Positions 48,135 to 60,345 of a stretch of 64,000 bases of DNA are shown one piece after another. Position 1 is the first letter of the stretch, and every line of letters begins with the position of its first letter. The notes under the pieces are model-generated. The model saw only the letters and a list, made by a program, of their open reading frames with translations. It had not been told where the DNA came from and did no database searches. The translations under genes were made by a program, and so were the position numbers. This DNA comes from Nitrospirales bacterium (GTDB lineage: Bacteria > Nitrospirota > Nitrospiria > Nitrospirales > UBA8639), in assembly GCA_965203295.1 (NCBI GenBank), contig CBDBCZ010000017.1:1568001-1632000 (forward strand). Direction: 5' to 3'.

Positions 48135-48238
48135 TAGCCTCGAACCCAGGCCTTACACGCCCAGATTTTATCTCGCAGCCTTGGAGAAAAACCGCTGCGA
48201 GATAAAATCTGGGCGTGTAAGGCCTGGGTTCGAGGCTA
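48135..48238. mobile_element. TAG..CTA hairpin MITE, 9-bp TSD (8/9 match)
   Basis: ggtcagggc / ggtcggggc flanks; 45-bp perfect TIR. Confidence 0.8.
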
Positions 48239-48526
48239 GGTCGGGGCAAGAATACTGCAGTAATAACCTCGACTTCGCTTCGATCATACAGTAGTCTTGC
48301 CCCTCCCCCTTGGTTTCTAAAACCTGGTACGTACTAACAAAGCACAATGCATACTCTTTGATATGATGAAGTTAGTGCCTAGTTCTAACTGAAAAATGAA
48401 ATGTTGACAGTTGCCCTAACATGGTATAATTGCACTTAGCACGTGTATAACACCTCCTGCATCCCATGTTGCTAAAAATCATGTAAATAATGTCTATTCT
48501 CTATCTATAGGTGTTTCTATTGCAGC

Positions 48527-49960
48527 ATGAGTGCAACAAAGATGAAATGTGTATACACCTTTTTAATTGTGCTTACTGGGACAATAATATTATCCATACT
48601 ATATAATAATAATGGTTACTTAAAATATCACAAAAACACACTTATTGACAAGATGTCAGAAAATACAACTTCGGATATACAGCTTGTCGAACATGCAACT
48701 TCAAATCTGCAGCTTGCAGAAGGCAACAGTGATTGGAGTAATCAGAATGCAATTAGTGTTTCTCTGTCTCTACAATACATGGACCAAGCTTCTTGGGGAG
48801 CAAGAAGACTGCGAAGTCTTCAGTGTTGGGCAGCTCAGCTGAATAGGACTATGCGAGTAGTTGAACCCTCTATGAAAAGTTCATACTTTGGCGCCCCACT
48901 GATGATTCCTGTGAATGGAATCAACAAATTTAGGGATAACTTTGACATTCACGTTTGGAACAAATATGGTGAACAAGAAGGATTTGATCCACTGTTAAGT
49001 TGGGATGAGTTCATTACGAGTGCATCGCGGAAAACTATTTTAGTTCAAATTATCTACAAAACAGATAAATGGTGTATCGATCCGTCATCTCAGATCTCGA
49101 ACCCTAACTGCACTTTCCACGATATGAGGCAGTATTGGTCAGACACTCTACGAATGTTTTCATTTTCCATTATCCGTGAGGTGTGCATCAACTTTCGCAA
49201 TGTCAGTATTCTTAGTAAAAGGGATTTCAATGATCACATCTTTGGAAATATCTCAAGAGACTCTCCGGTAACGGTTGTGTTTAACGAGTGGAGAGGACCA
49301 CTGCGTGAGAAGCACTCTGTTGATAACAACTGTATTCTTCGCATTAGAGATCCGAAATGTTCCCCTAGTGGTCCAACTGGGCTAATACACAACATTACTC
49401 TGATTGCACTGAGACCGACACCAGAAATATTTCACCTTGCAGAAGTCTACGCAGAAAAATATCTGAATAGAAATTGGAAATATCTTGCGATAATGGTACG
49501 CTGGGAACGTATGTTTTTGAAGAAAATTTACATCGGGGAACAGTGGTCTCACGAAAAGGATTGTATAAAAACGATTGAAGAACATGTACACCAATTTCAC
49601 ATGAACTCAACCTTCCTAGCAACCGATGTTGGAAGATATGGTAGCAGTACCATGCAACCGAACTATACTGTTGGTGGGGAGTCATATTATGAATCTAGTA
49701 GAAAGCTCACAGAAGAGCTACTCACTGTTCTATATGGCAGACCAATAACCTTGGAACAGTATGACAAGCAGTTTGAGGATATTGTTGACACTTCTGTCCA
49801 CCCCATGTATCACATACCGCAACTTCAAAGAGCCATTGCTGCTAAGGCAGACCGCTTGCTACTTGTGGGCTGGGGACAATTTCTTGAAGGTACACTAGAT
49901 TTGTACAAGATCCTACATGATGAAAAAGAACAGCACTACAAACAATTAGAATTCTGCTGA
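48527..49960 (+). CDS. Type II membrane glycosyltransferase, O-fucosyltransferase-like (GT-B fold)
   Basis: 477 aa, N-terminal TM, YLAIMVRWER, FLATDVGRYGS and IAAKADRLLLVGWGQF resemble fucosyltransferase motifs I-III; splice acceptor at ~48510. Confidence 0.7.
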   Translation: MSATKMKCVYTFLIVLTGTIILSILYNNNGYLKYHKNTLIDKMSENTTSDIQLVEHATSNLQLAEGNSDWSNQNAISVSLSLQYMDQASWGARRLRSLQCWAAQLNRTMRVVEPSMKSSYFGAPLMIPVNGINKFRDNFDIHVWNKYGEQEGFDPLLSWDEFITSASRKTILVQIIYKTDKWCIDPSSQISNPNCTFHDMRQYWSDTLRMFSFSIIREVCINFRNVSILSKRDFNDHIFGNISRDSPVTVVFNEWRGPLREKHSVDNNCILRIRDPKCSPSGPTGLIHNITLIALRPTPEIFHLAEVYAEKYLNRNWKYLAIMVRWERMFLKKIYIGEQWSHEKDCIKTIEEHVHQFHMNSTFLATDVGRYGSSTMQPNYTVGGESYYESSRKLTEELLTVLYGRPITLEQYDKQFEDIVDTSVHPMYHIPQLQRAIAAKADRLLLVGWGQFLEGTLDLYKILHDEKEQHYKQLEFC

Positions 49961-50509
49961 TATATACACTTCTAACTGTATAATAGTTCCTGACTCTTAC
50001 AATTGTTTGAAAACGTAATTCCCTAAAATTATTTTTTTGATACTCACAAAATATTACTTTTCAATAGTAGCTACCAACCACTGTGCCAAGTGAAAACCAG
50101 GAAGAGCTTGATCGTTCTCCAGCCTGAGTTGGGGTGGGGCATGATGAGCAAGCAGTAGCTAATTGAAGTTGATGTTTGTCCAGTTTCATTCTATCTAGGA
50201 TATAGACTATAAGTGCATGTATGAAAGAGAAAGGAGGGTATACGTAACTGCTTATCGTACTTTTTCTTTTTCCATGCATGCCGTAAGCTACATACAGTCA
50301 TGTGATCTGTAACTGGGAATGTGATAAGAAGTCTTTGTGCAGATACATGAGATGGAGAGCAGTATAGCTAATATGAATCGTGCATGACAAGTTTAAGCAT
50401 TAAAGTACAGTAGCTATGTGTGAGGACAGCAATACACATGAAAGCGTAATATATAGTCACGTGATTGTGCATGCACTGTTGCTACGCAGTGCACATGCAG
50501 AGCTACCAG

Positions 50510-50784
50510 TAGTCTCGTGCCCAGTCCCACGTTAAGAAGGTGGGTCTGGTTCCCCGCATATTCAAAGTTGGGGGCAGCATTACGTCAACGGTCCCAGAAC
50601 TGGACCGGCGATGTGATTGGTTGACTAAAGTATTACATCACTAAACGGTTGTAGTATCCGGATATTCACATCGCTTATAGTGATCGCCGGTCCAGATCTG
50701 GGACCGCTGACGTAATGCTGCTCCAACTTTGAATATGCGGGGAGCCAGACCCACCTTCCTAACGTGGGGCTGGGCACGAGACTA
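50510..50784. mobile_element. TAG..CTA MITE, 9-bp TSD agctaccag, ~105-bp TIRs
   Basis: Exact TSD and long inverted arms. Confidence 0.85.
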
Positions 50785-50869
50785 AGCTACCAGAGGACGT
50801 GCGCTAACAGTGGAATGCAATTAGCTAAGTTGGCTGAAGATGTATTACGCTTCGGGCAGAGAGGAGCAA

Positions 50870-51110
50870 TAATACCCCGAGCTCTATGAGCGATCTCGTG
50901 TAAGTTTAGCAGTTAAAATAGCTACAATCTGAGTGGTAAAACTGCTGCCATACCAAAATGTTTGCAACCTCACTGCGAATTCAATACATTCAAGCCCAAT
51001 CTTCTGCAGCATAGCTTCATACTTGCAAGCCAAGATTTTTGAGGTGGCATCCCCACCCATCCCCTAGAAAGTTGTAGAGCTACAAAACGTCCTGTAGGCC
51101 AGATACCGTA
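50870..51110. repeat. Dispersed repeat, homologous to 58410-58650
   Basis: Shared gtaagtttagcagtt...atacttgcaagcc...gccagataccgta. Confidence 0.75.
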
Positions 51111-51179
51111 AACCATGCATAATGCATAACAATGCATGTACAAGTGTATACAATATAATAGCTGATCACTTTCTGTGCT

Positions 51180-53165
51180 ACTGTACATAAGGCATCCCAC
51201 TCATTCTCTGTCAAATTACAGCGAGGTATTTCTCGATCCTGTATATATAATACAATATAGTGAAGTTTTGCCACAGCTTGCTCCTCTCTGGCGCCTTATT
51301 AGGACAGTCATCCATGAATCTCCTCTGCATTGAAGTACAATGTCATGCATTAATATAAGACATCAAAATCAATCACAGCTATTTACGCTTACTACTAGAG
51401 TGATGTTCCTTGTGTATGCCTTTAGTACAGACTACTCTGTTGGAGCCTTGATGGACTTAATGATGGTTTGCACCAGAGACTGAGAACCCTTGTTTATAAG
51501 GTGTTTATATCGAAACAACTGTGCAATCATACAAAAAACATGGGTGAAGTACCGGTACTCCCTATTTCATGCAATGCAGCATGCATGTTCCTTACTATCT
51601 TCTTTTATCCACACGAAAATTGGTGAGCCTACGTATTAATAATTCTTTACCCACTGTACATGTACTGCCATGATATGCAGCTGCAGATCAGCAGCTTTGT
51701 CCTCTAAAACATCCTGGACCATTTTCTGCATGCATGGCATTGTATCATTGTGAAAGAAATGAAATAAAATAATAATCATAAATCCCAAATAATATATCAA
51801 ATGGTACATGAGAACTGAATATATGGGTGCTACTAGCAGGTTTAGTGGCTATATAAAGCCTGCCTACTGCTCCTCTGCCAAGGGGCTCCAGTAGCTCAGT
51901 AGAGCATCTGACTAGTATTCAGAAGGTCCTGGTTCAATCCCCAGCTGGGTCCCGTTTTTTTTTGTTTTTTTTTGTTTTTTTTTTCGGGATTTCTTTACTC
52001 TCTCAGAAAGCTTATCATCTCTTGAAGAGTTTACAATGTACATGACAGCAAGAAACATAGAATAATAAGATACGGTAACTTAATGATAAGTGTATTTTGC
52101 CAAAGGGTGACACAAGACCTCACCAAGAGGACGAGCGGGATTGCTTGCTGATATGATTGCATTGAAGAAAAATTGTTAAAGTTGTTTATTTACTAAACTG
52201 TTGTTCCTCACTTTTAGACGAAGTATCAGTGTCTTCGAGGGAGAGCAGTTTGTTCCTACAGCAGTGGCAAAGAAGTCTGTAGGTTGTGGTCTGAAGACAC
52301 CGGAACTTGTAGAACACTTATACGCAAGCCCAGCTTGCTTCTTTCCCTCAACTGTGAAAATTTGGACGAATACTTAGCTTCGGTCTGAGTGAGGCAGAGA
52401 CAATATGTCACCTTTGTTGAAGCCATCGCAAAAAAACTTTAGTAGTAAACTCTGCCACGTGTGCAGAACAATTGAACCTATGGGCGGAAGACATAACGGG
52501 ATAGTTCACGCATGTGCAAGCAGTGGATACCAGGCCACTTACCCTAATGTGTAGTAGCCTGGGAACAAGGTGATGGTGTGGCAACACAGCCCATTCTGTT
52601 CTACCAAAGAGACATGATTCTCGGTGGACAACAAACCAAAAACAGCCTGAAGTTGGCCTCAGAAGGCCATGTCTTCACAGTCGAGGCCTGGTAGCAAGAC
52701 TGTCCTCACACAAGCATGTCGCATCTACGGAAAATACAAGTAATTGATCCACACATGCAGTGTACAGGAAACGCTGCATAGGCAGGCTTTCTCAAAGTGT
52801 ACTATAGGAGACACCTCCAAACATTGTATTAACTGTATCACCTGTGCTGCTCCCTGTTTATATATAGGCAGCACTTGCTCAAAATGCTTGTGGGTTTGTA
52901 AAGTCTTAATAATAGCAATTAAGGTGTATGAATACCAGTATATTGCCATGCAGCCATGTGGCTTCACGACATGGTACAGGGAGGCTGTAGTTTCTGTTAT
53001 AATCATCATAAAGCATCAGATCTTGTAGACTGGACTCGCAGCAAGCATCCAATAGGAGAGCTCTTACACACGCTAATGTAGCCTGTAGCTGTACGTACTT
53101 ACCACGGCATCCTCAATAAGTGGTATTAAGGTGAACCTCTTACCGAGGCCTTTCACCTCATACTG
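51180..53165 (-). pseudogene. Spliced coding-like fragments of an unidentified gene, partly with stops
   Basis: AG/GT-bounded exon-like pieces e.g. YEVKGLGKRFTLIPLIEDAV (53103-53163), ATLACVRALLLDACCESSLQ, LFRYKHLINKGSQSLVQTIIKSIK. Confidence 0.3.
51883..52020 (+). mobile_element. tRNA-derived SINE or tRNA(Thr, AGT) pseudogene
   Basis: A box tagctcagtagag, anticodon arm ctga-ctAGTat-tcag, B box ggttcaatcc, shortened D arm, T-rich tract. Confidence 0.65.
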
Positions 53166-53495
53166 TACATGTAGCCATGGAGAAAAATATGGACATAAGG
53201 CCTTGTTGAAGGAATGTAGGGCAGTTATATAGTGGGAGTGTGGCTAGTTTCCATGGCCTACTTGCCATACTATAAACCATATCTAATCTGGACATCTGAA
53301 ACAGTTTGACCTAAGAAACCAGTTAAGGGGGAGGAGGGGTAGCGAGCTAGACTAAAGGTTCCCTAACCTTAGTTTCTGATCACTGTGTATCCAGTTCAGC
53401 ATGATCTCATATAGTAAGGGATCGGAGCCCAACGGAGGCTGCCCGCGAATCTATACTTCTGATACCTCTCCCGAAAAAAACAGCTGGCATTGTAA

Positions 53496-53604
53496 TAGTT
53501 TCGTGAACCACCCCACTTAATTTCCGCAGTGCCGATCACTAATTAGTATGTGATACTGAAAGTGATCAGTGCTGAGGATCAAAGTGGGCTGGCTTGCGAG
53601 ACTA
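53496..53604. mobile_element. TAG..CTA element, 9-bp TSD gcattgtaa; deletion derivative of the 42852-43553 family
   Basis: Both ends match the ends of 42852-43553 in reverse orientation. Confidence 0.8.
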
Positions 53605-54460
53605 GCATTGTAACGTGATGGCTTTTCGAGGCACGAATGGTGATTTTTAAATGGATTTGAAATGCTGTTAAGCATCGCTGTGTAGCCAGTAAACTGCTCA
53701 ATCTAATAAACGCCACCCTGGATTAGTGGCCGCAGAAAATCGCTCGATGAAATAATTAGTAACCCCGGCCCGGCGCCTGATCGCGGTAATACTTTAGATA
53801 TATATAGGGCAGGGTTGATTCATTTTTTAAGGTAAGCAGACGCCCACTATTTCTCACTTTCAAATTAAGTGCAGCTACTTTTGTACACTCTTCATGCATT
53901 TCATGATGGCTTCCAGGGACTATTTCAGTCTATATATAGTTGGTATTTCTTGTCACAGCAGAGAAAGTCTTGAGACACTTCTTGCAGAAATGTCTAAGTA
54001 ACCGCCACCAGCTAAACCAGCTGCCTCTACAAGTATGTCGGGCTGGCTATAGTTTACTGGACAGTAAGTCAACAGCAGTATGAGAGCAAGCTAATTAATA
54101 TAGAGCACATGCCAAGCTTTAAAAGTATACTGGTTGGGGTTGTGTCCTCGCTGTAGCTGTGAGAAACAGGGGAACTATTAACCCAGGCTCAGTTCATTTT
54201 GCTAGACGTCAACTCACTGTTTTCAACAGCAAAGGGGGTGCCGGCAAACCATTTTGCTGAAATGTGATTAAGGGGAGGAGGGGCTAATTAAGGACTATGA
54301 TGAAACATGAATACCATGCTAGCATGGCTGGACATGTAAATTACCATCCTTGTAGGTCACAAGGAAAGCAACAGTCACAGCAGTAGATATCAGCTGGGGG
54401 ACAAAACTCATCACATCATGGCATTATTTTGGACCAACCTAGATTGGAGTTCCCTCCTAA

Positions 54461-55087
54461 CCCTTTGAACGCGATGAGCATATAAATACGCTCAGAAATT
54501 GCTTCCACATATCGCGGCGAGCGCATATATACGCTTGCCATAATAAGTGCTAGGGGTCAGACCCTTCCTATTTAATGGCACGCATGACACTTTAGGGGAA
54601 CAACCCTACGGTCTTTAGCAACCAATCTAAAGCTCCCCCTCCATCACAAGTCATTCAAAGTGTTCACTTGATGCTTAGTTGTGTAGCACAGTTAGTTTGC
54701 GGCAAAGGCGCGGCCAATAAGGCTGAGTATGGCTGCAGTCAGAGCGCTAGGCCTTAGGTACAGATCCAGCACTTAGTAACAGATCAGACCCTCAGTTACA
54801 GAAGTGACTCAGTGTAGTTGAGGGGACAGACACACGAAAATGACTACCGAGGTTAGCTTTAGATTTTCCATTTATATTCGCTCTTCTGCATTTAGTAGGG
54901 GCTTTAGCACACCAGCTAAACACTAAACAATGATAGTTTTATACTTCCTAGCTTCCAGTGTTGCCGTTCAGCAAGGAAAATAGCCTAAAACTCTACAAAA
55001 CTGCAAGCACATGCAACATAGACAATAATTAAATTGGGTTCCGCGTGATGTGGAAGTTATGAATAATAAAGTGCAGCGCTCAAAGGG
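54461..55087. mobile_element. piggyBac-like non-autonomous element with non-canonical CTAA TSD
   Basis: ctaa|CCCTTTGAACGC ... GCGCTCAAAGGG|ctaa. Confidence 0.75.
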
Positions 55088-55762
55088 CTAATTAGTTGCT
55101 TTGGAATTGTTCTACAACCTACATGCAATACCAGGTGCTAAAATTTTGCATGGACAGCTGAAATAACCAGGAAACACTAAATTATGAGCGTAATGAGTCA
55201 CAACTGGGGCAACTAAGTGCAGCCACCAATTATGATGTCATTAGCTGTGCACACCCACAATTTCACTTTACCTTTGGATTGACCAGGTCTAGACGACTTG
55301 CCATACTGCAGCGAGGGGCAGCGGTGTCTCATGCTATAGCAACACTGCTCAAGTGGAAGCTTATTTCAGCCTAACCCGCAAAGTGGGGGATTTAACTTTA
55401 GGACATGGATATTGGTCTGGTAGGAAGTGAATGGGCAATGCCTGCCCAGACGCACTCATGCACTAGCTTGTAGCTTTACCCAACAGTTAGCCTCCAGGCC
55501 CTACCCCCCTATAAACTCTATTAAAAACTCTAACTCTATTAGCAACTTCCTGCCCAGAGAACGAGCGAAACAAAATCCGGGGAACAGAGACTGAGTATAT
55601 GCTGTGTACGAAGATCTATGCGTTGTATTTAATAAATTTATGTAAGCCTTCCAGCTGTATGTTTCGTGGGCTGACACATTCAGCGAGGAGGGTCAAACAG
55701 TGTCACAGCTCACCGCCTCCAGTACTGCTGTTATAGACTAAAGTCTAGGTGTCCTCCCAGCC

Positions 55763-55818
55763 TAGCCTCGTTCCCAGGCAAGCGACAAAAGCTGTGCGGA
55801 GGCCTGGGAACGAGGCTA
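55763..55818. mobile_element. TAG..CTA mini element, TSD ctcccagcc
   Basis: Exact 9-bp TSD. Confidence 0.8.
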
Positions 55819-55873
55819 CTCCCAGCCATTAGACTGTCTTTCTTGACTTCTTCGCAGTCAAGACCAAACTCTA

Positions 55874-55910
55874 TAATCTCGCGGGCCAGATCGTCTGGCC
55901 CGCGAGACTA
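55874..55910. mobile_element. 37-bp hairpin element, TSD caaactcta
   Basis: Exact 9-bp TSD; taatctcgcgggccaga-tcg-tctggcccgcgagacta. Confidence 0.8.
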
Positions 55911-56629
55911 CAAACTCTAATACATGGTGGGATACTCAACCCCTCTGACGTCACACGATAATTGTTGGTATTTTCGTACACGTGGCCACGTGGACAAGAA
56001 CGCCGCCGACTCGACGCTCGCTACAGAATATTTGAAGGGAGAAATTCTGGAGAATGTTTGAGCAGGAGCTGGGGAATGTTATTGTCCGACCGCTCTGGGA
56101 ATGACCCAGGTAGGAAGTAGTTTCCTAAACCATAGGAAGGGTCTCGCATGGGAAATGCTGCAAGGTTTCTGTCATTGGATAGTCATGTTTCTATCAAATT
56201 ATCTTGTTTCCCCGGCCGTACGAGCAAATAACTAAAAACAGAGAGCCGTTTTTTGTAGTTGTTTGTTCGTTCTTGCGGGAAAAGTCTGACTGGGATTCTG
56301 GGAACAACGCTAAGGTTACAGAGGTTTGCAAAAGCCGCTTGCAACAGTCTGTAGAGCAGAAACGCAAAGCCTGCCCTGCTTGATAATGATTCTTTCATCT
56401 ACAGTGTAGTAGCTATTAGGGCCTATTAGCTGCGTTTAGATTAGTGGTTTGCTTGTCCTCTTTGCAAACTTTCTACAAAACTGTACCTACAGTGTGTGTA
56501 GCTATGATTGCTCTACATGATGGCAACCTCAGTATAGTTCTCAGACTTACTTGAAAATAACTACTTCCCCTCCTTGTTTCAGCCTCAGGATGTGAAGCCC
56601 ACCGGCACCCTGGTGGGAGAGTCTACTGA

Positions 56630-56690
56630 GCTGTCGGCACAACATGCTACTGGAGGGCACCTGAGATCATGCTGAACTGGATGTGCTATG
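56630..56690 (+). pseudogene. Isolated p38 MAPK exon fragment
   Basis: WRAPEIMLNWMCY resembles p38 YRAPEIMLNWMHY, followed by GT donor; TGY loop degraded, upstream in-frame stop. Confidence 0.65.
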
Positions 56691-56973
56691 GTTAGTGTCT
56701 TGGTAGAGGGGTCACCAGGGTGGGCCTTTGGTAACCAAGGTCTCATTAGTAGCCAGTCAAGTGTGCTAGTTGTAACAGTGAGTAGTGTGACTGTGAGTTG
56801 TTGTCTGGTGGGTCGAGTTGTGTTGCAGTGAGTTGTCTGGGGAGTTGGCAGTGTTCCTCAGGCTACATGTAATTGTACATGCTAGCAGGAACACATTGTC
56901 TCACTTTACAAATGGACTGCTGTTTTGTAGTCTTAACTCTGTTTTCCATGTATAGTCAGATCTGCCCATAGGC

Positions 56974-57338
56974 TAGCTTCGTTCCCAGGCCCGCGCCTTT
57001 TTCGGTTGCACGAAGGAAAGTCACAGGGCCTGGTAACTAAAGTCACGTGATCAACTTACGTCATAAAACACTTCGAAAGACGGCTGCGCTTCTCTACATT
57101 TTACCGGAGACTTTCTTTCAGCGGTAAGTCTATGGTACAAATGGGCTATAAAGAAAAGCTACAAGAAGTGTAGACTCGCTACCTTCAATCGTCTGAAAAT
57201 TGCACGTGTACTCGCCCACGCTCATAATTACCTTTCTACTACCTTTCTACTCTTGGCCTCGCGCACGTGACTTTAGATCCCAGGCCCTGTGACATCTTTC
57301 GTGTAACTGAAAATGGCGCGGGCCTGGGAACGAGGCTA
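56974..57338. mobile_element. TAG..CTA MITE, TSD cccataggc
   Basis: Exact 9-bp TSD, ~75-bp imperfect TIRs. Confidence 0.85.
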
Positions 57339-58821
57339 CCCATAGGCAATGTAGCTGCAAGAGATGCTGACCAATCACATTACCAAGCTTACTACGCTCC
57401 TGCTTAACAGTATTCATTGGCATAGCTGTCCGCTTGTTGCCTGCCATAGAGGTAGTTGGGGGGGGGGCTTACAGCACACTAATAAGATTGAAATGTGAAT
57501 GCACTGTTCTGATGTTGGGTTGCAGGGGCTCACAGTGCTGCATTTTCCATACAAGGAACTGAGTGTGTGTTGTTGCCACATCAGCTGTCTTCTGATTAGG
57601 ACACTATACTTGCTAGTACCGACATTACCTGTGATGTATCAGTGATTGTATGTAAGATATGTGGTATCATCTGCAAGCTATTGTGGTTTTCCGAGATATC
57701 AGAATATCACCCGGTGCTTGTAATTAAGCACATCAATCTGTCCCACTCATTTCAACCTTGCGCACCCTGCTATATATCTATATGTAAATGATTCCATGTA
57801 GCTAAAGGCAGCCTATGAGCCTGCTAGTACCCAGCAGACAATGTCCCATTGCTAGATTAATCATGGAGTCAGCAGCCCTTGGCTCCTTCTGTTATTTAGA
57901 GACTCCATGGCTAAACCAGGAAGTATTTTGCCTAGCTACATTTGCCATGCCCCTTGCTGTGCCGCTTTAGTGACATTGTAATTATCAATTGACTAGTTTC
58001 CTATGAGTAGCTGCTAGACCCACAAGTGTTTTGCCAGTGTTTAAGGAGCAAGCTGCAGTATTGGTTGGTGCAGGGAGAAGATGCTGCACACAATTTTTGG
58101 AGAGCCAAAGGCTCAACTTAGTCCCTCACTATCATAAAGTAGTTGTAGGGATGGTAGTATTGTGTTACTGTTCCTACCTTTTGAGGTTGCATCCCTTCCA
58201 ATACTATTCCTTTGACTGGTTCGTTGGGTGACAGACGAGATGGATGGCGGTGTAGATGGTAGCATTTGCAAATTTGAAGTACTGTTGCATATAAGTCTAC
58301 GTACCCCAGAGGAGGTTGGAAGCAATCACATGCGCTAGTAGTGGAATACAATTAGCTATGCTGTCTGATGATGTAAAGAAAGCGTCTCGGGCTGAGAGGA
58401 GCAAAAATAGCCTCTCCGCGAGTAAGTTTAGCAGTTTTCAAAGTAAAATAGCCAGAATCTGAGTAGTAAAGCCACTACCTTACCGTATCTTTACGAAATA
58501 TTTTGCGAGCTCACTGAGAATCCACTGCATTCAGGCCCAATCTTCTGTAGTACAGCTCCATACTTGCAAGCCGAGGTTTTTGAGGGGTGTCCCCACCCGT
58601 CCCCTCAAAGTTTGTCGAGCTACGAAACGTTCTTTCGGGCAGATACCGTATACATACCTTTGCATACCTTCCGTATTCTTCTCAATGGAATGCTATTAGG
58701 TATACGTGACATTATGCATTTATTGACGTACACGTGATTGCTCATCTGAGTCTACCCTAGGGCATAGCACGTGATAAGTGGTACCAGGACTTCCCCTTCG
58801 CTTTTTCTCCATGGCTGTGAG

Positions 58822-59140
58822 ATAAAAGCTGGGATGTGAATGACTGAGAACGAGGCTAATTGGCGTATACATTTGTATGTCAGGCGAAGTGTCTGCATCC
58901 TTGGTAGTGTTGCAAACAGAGACGTCATTCTACTGAAGGCTACTTAATAGCTTCTCCAACTATTAAATTGCTACCTGTGATCACTCTCAGAACTTCAGGT
59001 GGAGCCTGAGTGGCCAGATACTGCGGCCCAGATGCCTTTTTAAATTGTCAGCTCAATAAAATTAATGCAGACACTTCGCCTGATATACAAATGTATACGC
59101 CAATTAGCCTTGTTCTCAGTCATTCACACCCCAGCTTTTA
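58822..59140. repeat. ~77-bp inverted duplication with ~165-bp spacer
   Basis: 58822-58898 is the reverse complement of 59065-59140. Confidence 0.85.
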
Positions 59141-60286
59141 TATAGCGAAAACTGAGCCCATTACACTGTTTAATTAATTTGCTTTGTAAATTCTGTACTT
59201 TGGCTTTGTAAAATGCTGTGCAGCATTCAATATTGCTCAAATTGTACAACACATGACAATCTCACTGAATATGAGCATATGGTCGTTCCTTTGATACCCT
59301 CACTTGGTGGTACATAATGTGCATGCACACTATGGGATACGTATTAAGCTTTTTAATTAGCATAATACTTTAAGTGAAGCTCTGTAACTATGAAAGCTTA
59401 GCTCCTAAGATATTAATTTTGGTTATGCTTTCATTCAATTATACTACACATCTGGGCAGGGGCATCGGAAGCACTTTAGCATTGGTTCGGCTGAAGTGTT
59501 ATTCTCCCTCCCTCCCCACCCGAAGCTTATAAATTTTTTACCAGCCGGAGTGCACGCAGCCCGCAAACAGCTGGTCCTAAGATTGCTTTACGTTTTCCGT
59601 GTTGGTTTGTCTGTTTGTGCGTCCACACTTATCACGTGTGCAATATGTTACGTCATACATTGCTATGCAACTGCAGTATATAGCAGCTTTTAGAGGTTTG
59701 TAGGCCAAGCTACAGCAACTAAAGGTGGTTGTGTGTTGCCTAGATGGCAAAAACTTGGTAGGCAGCCATAAAGATCCTGTTTTCGTGGCATGTAGCTACT
59801 AACTGGAAGTGCACAACAAAACTACTGAGTCAGCACTTTTGCTGTACTGCGTTCGATTGTTTATCAGTTTCTGCAGAATCCCTATTGTAGTATAGTTTGT
59901 AGTTCTACAGCTGCAGTTAGCTTGGGCCTGAGCTGAGTTGTGTGTATTGTACGGGAAAGATGCCTGGCTGGTTTTTAGACATGAAATGCCAGACTTGTTA
60001 TTACACTTTTTAAGGGGTTCGGAATGGCTCTCATGGAGTCTTTACGCATCAGTACTGCCCACACGCTGTGCAGTGTCAGAGCCTTTAGCTCAAACTTCCA
60101 AAAGTAATCTCCAGATGTGAAACACCAGTCCCACAATCCCACGTGGTTTGTATACCATAGAGTAGTGTGGACAGTGTCACTTAGCTTATGTGCATAGAAA
60201 TCGTTTCAGCCCCTCCCGTTCAATAAAGGGTGGAGCCTAGACAAGGGCTCGATTGATGAAGGATTAGCACCCTGCCGTAGTCTTAA

Positions 60287-60345
60287 CCCTTTGAGTGCGG
60301 TACTTGATTATTCATAACTTCCGCGTCACGCGGAAGCCAATTTAA
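60287..60345. mobile_element. piggyBac-like terminus of the same family as 54461-55087
   Basis: TTAA|CCCTTTGAGTGC..ttattcataacttcc matches the reverse complement of 55030-55087; other end not found. Confidence 0.6.

Noticed and set aside
51883..51953. Functional tRNA-Thr gene
   Set aside because: Shortened D arm, irregular acceptor and T stems and a T-rich tail favour a SINE or pseudogene
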